From: an uncultured Planctomycetaceae bacterium
Lineage (GTDB): Bacteria > Planctomycetota > Planctomycetia > Planctomycetales > Planctomycetaceae
Length of the DNA stretch: 64,000 bases
Direction: 5' to 3'
Assembly: GCA_963813715.1 (NCBI GenBank)
Contig: CAWFAK010000008.1
Coordinates: 416,001 to 480,000 of the forward strand
Part shown: in pieces, positions 9,215 through 17,822 of the stretch
Layout of the letters: each line of letters opens with the position of its first letter
Position numbering within the stretch: position 1 is the stretch's first letter
The notes under the pieces: generated by a model
Told to the model about the DNA's origin: nothing
The model's database searches: none
The model's input: only the letters and a program-made list of their open reading frames with translations
Made by a program: the position numbers and the translations under genes

Positions 9215-10199
9215 CAACTTTTTTCATCTCGTGACGTAAGTCGTTTTTTGGCATCGCCGTCGCAAGGCGGTAAAGATGAGCTTGCCTTGCACCCAGCGGT
9301 GGACGCGTCGGTGGCCGCGAACCCAAGCGGGCAGTGCCTGCAATCCGGCGCTCCAAGTGCTCAAGTATCCGAAGTAGCGTTCGATCGCGTTACGTTCTTG
9401 ATGGAGGGCACGGCCGAACGAGCTTTGCGGATTCGAGAGCAGTTCAAGAGATCGCAGCCGAGCGGGACTCTGACGCCGATGGCCACGGCGACGGCCAAAT
9501 CCGTAACGCGGAGGTGCCACCAGTTGCACGCCGCGTTCGAGGCAGACGTCGTGTAACTGGTTCGAGTCGAAATTTGCATCGGCGAGCAAGTACCCTTGCA
9601 CAGCCGCTTGCTTCAACATCCGCCGCCCCATCGCCCGCTCATCCTTTTGCATGGGAGCCACGCGCGAGGCAGCGATCGAGCCATCGCTGCCGACCACCGC
9701 GTGTAGCTTGTACCCTTTGGCTTTGCAGCCCGCGGCGCGGCCGTACCCAGCTTGCCGGTCTTTCGAGCAACCGCCGATCGGCAGAGGCTTGCCATCGATC
9801 ATCCAATACAGGGGCTTGTTCCCACGAGGAGCCAGTTCAGAACGTTCGATCTCTTGCAGCATTTGCTGGACCTCGGCACTCCGCAGTCGTCTCGACATGG
9901 TGCTCGACGATGGCAATTTGCGGCGACGCTCATGCAGCGGCCAGTTCCGAAGATCGCACGCCCAGGACACAGGCCGACCGTGCAGAACGGCCCACAGCCA
10001 AACCTGCACAATGTCGTCTGCCCCGTATCGTTCCCGCGTGCGCCGACGACGCTTGCTCGCCTGTTTGAGAAGGATCAAAATCGCCTTCCAGAGTTGGTGT
10101 TCCACATCCGTCTCCTTTCGTGTGGTTACGATTGAGACTATGTGTAGCACCAACTTTTTATTGTGCAAGTCTTTATGACTCCTCGCGCAAAAAGAGCTG
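9215..10199 (-). mobile_element. Insertion sequence, 985 bp, DDE transposase (IS4/IS5/IS982-like), flanked by a 4-bp TCAC target duplication
   Basis: TCAC at 9211-9214 and 10200-10203. Imperfect terminal inverted repeats (CAACTTTTTT versus reverse complement CAGCTCTTTT). Removing the element restores an intact REP arm. Confidence 0.85.
9224..10105 (-). CDS. DDE transposase (DDE_Tnp_1-like), about 293 aa
   Basis: AAAGGAGA RBS and GTG at 10105. IDGKPL (D), GYKLH, LLADANFDS (D) and RNAIERYFG (E) catalytic motifs. Confidence 0.88.
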   Translation of the reverse strand: MEHQLWKAILILLKQASKRRRRTRERYGADDIVQVWLWAVLHGRPVSWACDLRNWPLHERRRKLPSSSTMSRRLRSAEVQQMLQEIERSELAPRGNKPLYWMIDGKPLPIGGCSKDRQAGYGRAAGCKAKGYKLHAVVGSDGSIAASRVAPMQKDERAMGRRMLKQAAVQGYLLADANFDSNQLHDVCLERGVQLVAPPRYGFGRRRGHRRQSPARLRSLELLSNPQSSFGRALHQERNAIERYFGYLSTWSAGLQALPAWVRGHRRVHRWVQGKLIFTALRRRCQKTTYVTR

Positions 10200-10251
10200 T
10201 CACGCTTCGGGTTAGTGAATACGACAGACCAACCCAAAGCGTGAGCGAGGG
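10200..10251. repeat. REP-like inverted repeat, family A, copy 2 (left arm interrupted by the IS; its first part lies at 9205-9214)
   Basis: CCTCGC[TCAC]GCTTCGGGTTAGTG...AACCCAAAGCGTGAGCGAGGG once the IS is removed. Confidence 0.82.
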
Positions 10252-10425
10252 CGACTTTAGGATCCGCGTGCCACGCCAGATCTACTACCACGGTAGTAGT
10301 TCGTCAAGAGCAAAGGTCCGATTTTCAGCCGCGACGATTCGCTGACTCGCCGACTGCCCGAATGCCGCCCCTGACTGGTGCCGGCGACGTCAACTGTCAA
10401 GAATCGTCAAAACCCCAGCGACCCA

Positions 10426-11725
10426 ATGAACTCTGAGCACCGGTATTCCGCCACGGCATTTTCTCCCTCGACCTCGGAAGAGCTGCGCGCCTTCCTTGTG
10501 GAGAATTTTGGCGCTGCGAAGCGGCCGCTGGTTGCCGTCGGCGGTGGCACCTCGTTCGAACTCGAGACGCACGGCGCCGAGCGGCAGGCTGAATGTCGCT
10601 ACGCGCGGGCTCGATCGCGTCGTCGAATTTGCCGCTCGCGATATGACGATCACCGTCGAAGCGGGAATTCCCATCGCGCGGCTCGATGAGGTTCTCCGCG
10701 GCGAAGGCTTGCGGCTGCCGATCGATATCCCGCAGTGGGACCGGGCGACGCTCGGCGGAGCGGTCGCGGCCGATGCCAGCGGGCCGCGGCGTTACGGGTT
10801 GGGAACGTTTCGCGATTACGTGATCGGGCTCGCGGCGATGAAGGCCGACGGTCAGGTGTTTCATTCCGGCGGCCGCGTCGTCAAAAACGTGGCGGGCTAC
10901 GATCTGTGCAAGCTGATGGTCGGATCGCGGGGGACACTGGCGATCCTCACGCAGATCACGCTCAAGCTGAAGCCGATACCCGAAACGTCGGCCCTGGTTT
11001 GCGCGGCCTTCGCCAACGTGAGCGATCGCGAGGCGGCGGTCACCGGCTTGTTGCAGTCGAAAACGCGACCGGTCGCTCTCGATTCGCTCAACCGCGCCGC
11101 GATCGAGGGGCTGGAGAGCCGGCTGCAACTCGGTATTCCGGCCGGCGGCCCCGCGCTCGTCGTCGGCTACGAAGGCACGCAGCGAGAGACCGACTGGCAG
11201 ATCGTCACGCTGCTCGACGAGCTGGCCGTTTCCCGACCGCTCGGCCTGCACGTGCTCCGCAACGCCGACGGGGCGCCGCTCTGGAATGCGTTGACGGAAT
11301 TCGCCGTGCCAACGGACGACCTTTCCGCGTTCGAGGTCCGGCTGCTGCCGTCGAAGATCGCGGCGTTTGAGACGGGCTGCGACGGTCTAGATTCCCCACT
11401 GCCGGTCGAACTCGTCGCACGGGCCGCCAACGGAGGTGTGTTTGGCCGACTCACCGAGCGGCCGGCCGCGGGTTCCGCTGTCACGCATCCGAGTGGCGGT
11501 CCGCAAGCCGTCGGTCAGGCGGCCGTCGATCCGCGGGTCGTCGACAGCCTGTTGGAGGAAGTGGCCGCCCTCGCGACGGGAGCGGGAGGCACATTGCGGC
11601 TCGTGCACGGGAAATCCCGCGTCACCCAAGATCCACCGCACTCGGCTCGAACGGGAAACGTCCGCCAGCTGACGCAACAGCTCAAGGCCGCCTTCGACCC
11701 CGCCAATTTGCTGCCGTCGCCCTGA
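10426..11725 (+). CDS. glcE: Glycolate oxidase subunit GlcE-like FAD-binding protein (frameshift near 10565)
   Basis: ...PLVAVGGGT, then DMTITVEAG, ATLGGAVAADASGPRRYGLGTFRDYVIG, GGRVVKNVAGYDLCKLMVGSRGTL and a C-terminal LKAAFDP. Confidence 0.82.
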
Positions 11726-12183
11726 TTGCCGGACGGTTCCCGGGCGCTTGCTGAAATCATTCGTCGCGGGCCGAGATCTCTCCACGGCGCATCGTCAGCC
11801 GCACCCCGAACCGCTCCCTTCCGGACTCCGAAACGTGTGTACAGTTTGCGTACACTCCAGACTCTGTCAAAAATGCCCCTGTGTATCAAAACTGACCATA
11901 CCTGAGTTTCTGATGAAACGAACGTAAGAAGATTTCCTCGAATCGGGGTATCGGCGTGGGAATCCGCGAAACAGCGGGGCTCCCATCGGGGTTGATACCT
12001 AGACCCGTTGATATGCGGTCATGCGGAGTGCCGCGTTCCGATCCCGAACCGAATCGGGGTCCGAATGCCGCGGCCGTCGATTTTGCGGGCCCAATGTGAG
12101 GCGAGCTAAGGGAAACGCTCGCTGACGCACGGCGGACGATCGATCGTCCCGGAATGAGCCGGGGTTTCGTCACCGATGGGCGG

Positions 12184-14141
12184 ATGATGTCGACACTGGA
12201 GCATGACGGAAACCGACTGCGGTTCCGCGAACAACCCGATCCTCCTCGCCGCCCGCCGGCCGCGCCGGTGCCACCGGTAGATGCGCCACTGCCGCAGGCA
12301 AATGCGCCGGTGCCGCAGGCGTTCGTCTCCGCTCGCCCGCCGCAGCGGCATCTCGAACCGCTCGTCATCGACCTGGCTCGCTGGCTGGGCGGAGTCGCCG
12401 AGTTTCTAGCGACGGTCACGGCCGTCAGCCTGGTGGTCGCCGCCGTGACGCTCGTGCGGAAAGCCCGCGCGGCACTGATCGAGTTCGCCGACCGGCCCGC
12501 TGACCCATTGACCGCCGGCGTGGCCCGCATCCTCTTTGCCGCCAGCGGCATCTGGTACGCGGCCACGCTCACCGGCTACATCGAACTCAACTGGTACTCG
12601 CAGTCCCCCGCCGTCCGCACCGAGATCCTTTACGGCCACTGGTTCTGGATCGGCACGCTGGTGTTGTTGCTGCTGGGGATCGGCGGCCGGCTGGTCGCGT
12701 TTCTGCAGCTGGCGATCGCCGTCTTGATCTTCAATGCGGACGACTTAGGAAGCACGGTCTCGAGCGACTTGTATCTGATCGGCTCGTTCTGGCTGTCGTT
12801 CACGCGGCTCGACGGCCGGTTGCGACTGCCGTTGCCCCGCTGGATCGAGCGCCGCTTTCCGGCCCCCTCGGAGGCCGACGCGCTGCCCAAGGCGTGGCCG
12901 CTCGTGCTCTTGGGCATCAACGACGGCGTGCTGTTGTTGACTTCGGGCATCTCCAAGTTCTTCGATCCGTTTTGGATTCGGGGCATCGGCTTTTACGAAA
13001 CGTTCGCCCTCCCCTGGATCAAAGATCCCGCCGCCACGGTGCTGCTGAAATCCGAATCCTTGATGATGGTGATGAACTACGGCGGCATCGCGGTCGAGAT
13101 TCTGTTTCTGCCGCTGTTCTTCCTGAAGCGCACGCGAGCCGCGGCCTGCATCATCTTCGTATCGTTTTTCGCGATGCTCACCTGGCCGATTCGCATCGAC
13201 TTCATCGGCCAGGTGGGGATGATCCACGGCATCGCGCTGGCGGCGGCCGTCCCGTCGCTCGCCCGGCGTCTCAATCGGCTGACGCGGTCGATCGGCCTGC
13301 ACCGCTTCACCGCAAGTCCCCAGACGAGCTGATCGTCGAGGACGACCCGGTCCGCGCCCGTTTGCGGCGGACGATGGCTCGCGCTGTCGTGGGACTCTTC
13401 GTCGTTTACGTCGGCTTCTGGAGCCTGTATTCGACGGTCCTCGTCCGCTTCAACCCGTGGTTCACGTACCCGCTGACGCAGGCCAAAACCGTGGCTCAAA
13501 TGCTGCCGGGCGAACGGCCGCCGGAAATCACCGGTCCCTCTTCGTGGATCGAGCCCTATCGCCGCCAGCTGCTGTACTTCTTCGAAGACCATGTCGCGGG
13601 CAACAGTGCCTTCGTGCCCCTCGATCTCGCCAATCGGCTGACGACACGGATGGGACCGAAGGTCCTGTTCTGCGCCACGCACTTCATCGGCATCTACGAA
13701 TATCGGGTGACGCTGACCCTGGCGGACGGCCGCCAGCTCGAGCCCGTGCAGGTCTTCAACGACGACAAAACGGCCGGCCCCTACACGGCCGGCGCCGGCT
13801 GCCCGCGCTGTCTGCAACGGCTGATGTACGACGTCACCTCGATCTGCCAGGATCGGCTCAACAACCCGAAGGCGTCCCCCGACCAGGAACACCCGACGCT
13901 CGACCGGCTGATCCACTTCTCGATCTCGAAGCTGCCGCCGGCGGAGCAGGACCAGGTGACGCGAGCCGACGTGCTCGTCAGCCCGATTGTCGTCCCGCTG
14001 GCCTTCGAGGGAGACAGCCGCCCGTGGCTCGGCTACCCCTGGACCCGCCTCTACGAGCGCGACACCAAGAAGTCGACCGCCCGCTTCTGCGAACCGCCGG
14101 CCCTCTATCCCGACCAGCTGGTGATGTACCGGGCCCGGTAA
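12184..14141 (+). CDS. HTTM-domain-like membrane protein with a soluble C-terminal region; probably one gene frameshifted near 13310, possibly two genes
   Basis: Multiple TM helices with an LTSGISKFFDPFWIRG motif resembling the HTTM AGxxK..xW..G pattern; the downstream frame continues with a TM helix and a globular domain to 14141. Confidence 0.55.
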
Positions 14142-14212
14142 GTGCACCGGAGCTGTCCCCCATCCCTGCCTCTGGGATGAGACTTTCTGACCGGCGGACC
14201 GTCGTGCAGAGC

Positions 14213-14275
14213 GCCCTCGCTGACCGCTTCGGGTTAGTGGATCCGCCAAAACCACCCGAAGCGGTCAGCGAGGGC
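14213..14275. repeat. REP-like inverted repeat, family A, copy 3
   Basis: Perfect 22-bp inverted repeat GCCCTCGCTGACCGCTTCGGGT / ACCCGAAGCGGTCAGCGAGGGC between convergent genes. Confidence 0.87.
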
Positions 14276-14366
14276 AGCGAGAGAAAAACGCTTCGAATTC
14301 AAGAAGCGTCTTATCCGAAGCCACGGGCAAGGCACACGCGTTCAATTTCGCTCCGCAGTGACCCGC

Positions 14367-15158
14367 TCAGTTTGGCTTTGAGGGAGATGCCTTCAGTAAT
14401 TCTGCGATGTCCTCGAAGCCATTGCTCGTGGCGATTGCCAGAGGCGTGTTGCCTTTGTTGGGCAACTGCGACGAAAAACTGGGTAAGCCCATACTGTCAT
14501 GCTCGGAGTCGTGCTCCGAGCCACCAGGATTGTCTGCGTGTGGGTCAGCCCCCTTCGCGAGCAGCGCTTTGACAACGGAGTAGCGGTCGGCGCGATTCAC
14601 ATCGTTTGATCGCAAAACGATGTGGAGGGCCTGCCAGCCGTATTTGTCGCGTTTGGTCAGGTCGGCCTTGTTGGCGAGTAGCAGCTCGATCACCGCGAGA
14701 TTCCCCAACCGCACGGCTGCCATCAACGGCGTGACACCATATCGATCCGCGGCATTCACGGAGGCACCCCGTTTCACCAAGAATTCGGCGGTCTCCAAGT
14801 GTCCGTTGCGAGCTGCAAAATGGAGCGGTGTTTCCCCGGAATCGTCGGCGACATCGAGTTTCGCGCCGTGCTCCAACAGAAACCTCACGACCTCGGTCTG
14901 TCCGGCGTCGGCCGCCACAGTCAGTGGGCAGTCGCCGAAGCCGTCGCGATGATTCGGGTTCTTTCCCGACTTCAACAAGTCGCGGACGAGATCCAAATCC
15001 CCAGCGTGAGCCGCATTCAGGAGCGGATCGCCGAAATCACCGAGACTTTCAAAGAAAACGAGGTAAACCCCGACAACGAGCACCAGCAGCAACAAGAAGA
15101 ATGCCGGGTACGCGACTAATCGAATCGCGATCGACCGTTTTATGCCCATCGCACACAC
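14367..15158 (-). CDS. Membrane-anchored ankyrin-repeat protein
   Basis: N-terminal TM helix; repeats GDCPLTVAA, GETPLHFAARNGH, GVTPLMAAV, GWQALH, GNTPLAIA. Confidence 0.9.
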   Translation of the reverse strand: MCAMGIKRSIAIRLVAYPAFFLLLLVLVVGVYLVFFESLGDFGDPLLNAAHAGDLDLVRDLLKSGKNPNHRDGFGDCPLTVAADAGQTEVVRFLLEHGAKLDVADDSGETPLHFAARNGHLETAEFLVKRGASVNAADRYGVTPLMAAVRLGNLAVIELLLANKADLTKRDKYGWQALHIVLRSNDVNRADRYSVVKALLAKGADPHADNPGGSEHDSEHDSMGLPSFSSQLPNKGNTPLAIATSNGFEDIAELLKASPSKPN

Positions 15159-15265
15159 CCCGGCGACCGATCTGTACTTGCTGAGCCGGTCCGCCTGCGT
15201 TTCATGTTAGGGCCCAGCTTTGTTTGCCCACAAGGTACGCCACGCGATGACCTAAACGGAAAAGG

Positions 15266-15297
15266 CATGCCCATGCCGAGCCATGGGCATGGCACCC
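15266..15297. repeat. REP-like palindrome (single copy in the window)
   Basis: CATGCCCATG-CCGAGC-CATGGGCATG followed by GCACCC, in an intergenic region. Confidence 0.5.
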
Positions 15298-15340
15298 GGC
15301 GCTGTCGCTGCGCCAGCAAGTCGAGTTGTGGCCCGACGCT

Positions 15341-15631
15341 TCAAGCCGTCTTTGCTCGCTGCCACGCCGAAGACTGAAATTCTCGCCACGCGTGCCAGCC
15401 AGGCGGCAATTCGGCCAGCTCCCCGATGCTTTCGTCCAGCTTCAGGATTTCGCGCAAGCTGACGACCGCGGCGTCGGTCTCGCTTGGTGGCCCGGGCTCG
15501 TTGGTGTGAAACTGCCAGCCGCCATCGTCGGCGTCGTGAGAGACGTACGCGATCCAATCGCCATCCTGAAAGATCTTGCGATTCACAATGACGGCCAGAT
15601 TGGGCGGGTCGGGGAAGGGCCAGGGATTCAT
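15341..15631 (-). CDS. Small hypothetical protein, DUF2185-like
   Basis: YVSHDADDGGWQF and LDESIGELAELPPGWHAWR motifs; typical coding composition. Confidence 0.65.
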   Translation of the reverse strand: MNPWPFPDPPNLAVIVNRKIFQDGDWIAYVSHDADDGGWQFHTNEPGPPSETDAAVVSLREILKLDESIGELAELPPGWHAWREFQSSAWQRAKTA

Positions 15632-15692
15632 TGGATGGTGCGACCGGCTACGACGAGTGGCGGAAGTTTTGCGATCGATTTAGTGTAGGCGA

Positions 15693-16763
15693 ATGGCCGG
15701 AATTGGGAGCGAGGAAATTGGTGCGTTCTTCAGTGGGGCGCGGCGGCCCGCAGCTGGCGAATCGGCGGTGGTTGGCGTCGTTGTCATTGGTCTGAACGAA
15801 GGCGATCGGCTGACGCGGTGTCTCGAGTCGGTGCGCGGTCAGGCGGGGCGAGTCGTTTATGTTGACTCGGGTTCGACCGACGGCAGTCCGGCGGCGGCGA
15901 GTGCGTTGGGTGTCGAGGTCGTCGAGTTGGATCCGTCGCTGCCGTTTTCGGCTGCTCGTGCGCGGAATACGGGGCTCGATCGGCTGGTTGAAATTTCGCC
16001 TGGGGTCGAGTTCGTGCTGTTCGTCGATGGCGATTGCGAAGTTGCCGAGAGTTTTTTGCCTGCCGGCTGTCGCGCACTGCGGGCCGACGCGCGGGTGGCG
16101 GCGGTGGCCGGACGGCTGCGTGAGCGGTTTCCTGCACGCTCGATTTACAACCGCCTGTGCGACATGGAATGGGACGTGCCGGCCGGCGCTGCCAAAAGTT
16201 GCGGCGGCATCGCCCTCTTTCGCGTGGCCGCGCTCCGTGAAACGGGCGGGTTTAATCCGCGGGTGGTTGCCGGCGAGGAGCCGGAGTTGTGCGTGCGGCT
16301 GCGGCAGCGCGGCTGGACGATCCAGCGACTTGCCAACGAGATGGCCCTGCACGACGCGGCGATGACCCGGTTCTCCCAGTGGTGGATACGGGCCGTTCGC
16401 GCCGGGCATGCCTACGCGGAAGGCGCGGCGATGCACGGCCGTTCGCCCGAGCGGCACTTCGTTCGCGAGTCACTCAGCGGCTGGCTCTACGGCGTGCTCT
16501 TGCCCGCGGCCATCGTGGCAAGCGCGATCGTCGTCAGCCCGTGGGCGCTCCTGGCTTTCCTCATCTATCCGTTGCTCTGGGCGAAGATCGCTCGGGGACG
16601 GCGGCGGAGTAATGGCGATCCTCGGCGGTTCGCCGGCTTTTACGCGGGGGCCTGCCTGCTCGCCAAGCCGGCCGAATGCTGGGGCCAGACGCGGTATTGG
16701 GTGCGACGCGTGCTGCGCCGTCCGCCCAAGATCATCCAGCACAAACCTGCCTGTCCCGGATGA
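15693..16763 (+). CDS. Glycosyltransferase family 2 with C-terminal TM helices
   Basis: VVIGLNEGDRL, YVDSGSTDGS, FSAARARNTG, FVDGD (DxD) and GEEPELCVRLR motifs. Confidence 0.92.
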   Translation: MAGIGSEEIGAFFSGARRPAAGESAVVGVVVIGLNEGDRLTRCLESVRGQAGRVVYVDSGSTDGSPAAASALGVEVVELDPSLPFSAARARNTGLDRLVEISPGVEFVLFVDGDCEVAESFLPAGCRALRADARVAAVAGRLRERFPARSIYNRLCDMEWDVPAGAAKSCGGIALFRVAALRETGGFNPRVVAGEEPELCVRLRQRGWTIQRLANEMALHDAAMTRFSQWWIRAVRAGHAYAEGAAMHGRSPERHFVRESLSGWLYGVLLPAAIVASAIVVSPWALLAFLIYPLLWAKIARGRRRSNGDPRRFAGFYAGACLLAKPAECWGQTRYWVRRVLRRPPKIIQHKPACPG

Positions 16764-16836
16764 CGGCGTTGGTCGCCGTCGGTCTCGGATGACGGGGCAG
16801 TTTCGCGTCAGTCCCGCACGACGGGACGGCTCGCCG

Positions 16837-17822
16837 TTAATCGCGAAGCACGGGCAGTTCCCATTGCGGAGCCGCCGGGCCGCGCGGGGTCGTCGCCGGC
16901 ACGATGGCGGGAACGACGACCGTAGTGCCGATTGGTGCAGTCGCGCCCGTCGGATTCACGTTCGTCGACGGCGCGTGGGCGGCCGGACCGGGGACGGGGG
17001 TCGCGGGGCCGCTCGATCCCGCATGGGGCGGTGCTGCAGCGGATGGCGGCAGGTTGTACGGCGCGGCGATCGGCGACGGGCGAAGCGCCGGTTCGGCCTC
17101 GGACGCGGGCGCCGGAGGCGGCATGTTCGACGCGTCGGGGCCCATCGACCGCAAACTGCCGATTCCAGGGAAAGCGGCCGAGCCGTGATAGTGCGTCGCC
17201 GAATTTTGCGTGCCCGAGATATCCAGCGGTGCCGCAGGGACAGCCTCGCTTGCCGGATTACCGGGCGGATAAGACGTGTCGGCCGGCGCGGCAGCGCTAC
17301 TCCAAGTGGGAGGCAGCGACGGAATCGCACCGGGCGTCATTCCGCCGGGCAGCGGCTGTCCCTGGTCTGGCGGGCCGCCGATCTGTCCGAGCGAGCCGGG
17401 CCCCGGATAATAGAGGACATCGGGGACGCCTTCGGGCGGCTGGGCGCTCTGAGCGTCAAGCGCGCTGGCGACCTGGTTTCCGTCTTGTTGCGCGGCCATC
17501 GCTCCGTGCGTGAAGCCGTCGCACCAAGCCTGCGCCTCTTGGACGTCCTTTTCGGTCATCCCGTCGGCACCCAGAAATGGCTCGGCCCCGGCGGCGTGCA
17601 CGAATCTCCGCCGCAATTGGCGAAGCGATACCCGGCCTTGAATCCCGCCTTGAAGCTCGACTCACAGGGGATGTCTTCGTACATCCACTTGCGGGCGCGC
17701 CAGGCCTTGTTGGAGGTCCAGGTCTGCTCCACCCAAGTGGCGCAAGAGTTCATTTCCGCAATGCAGCCGGCGTCGAAACAGGCCACGATCAGCCCGAGCA
17801 CCAGGCCGAACGATTTTTTCAT
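16837..17822 (-). CDS. Hypothetical exported or lipoprotein-like protein with a Pro-rich tail (frameshift near 17580)
   Basis: Signal-like MKKSFGLVLGLIVACFDAGC, then FKAGFKAGY...AWCDGFTHGAMAAQQDG; its ATG overlaps the upstream stop (TGATG). Confidence 0.6.

Noticed and set aside
2596..10251. tRNA-anchored integrative element
   Set aside because: No integrase and no duplicated tRNA 3' end were seen; glcD follows the tRNA directly.
10106..10291. N-terminal extension of the transposase ORF to 10291
   Set aside because: It runs past the IS end and through the REP; the RBS and GTG at 10105 give a better start.
11908..11975. CTGATGA...GAAAC resembling a hammerhead ribozyme core
   Set aside because: I could not build the required stems I-III around the conserved motifs.
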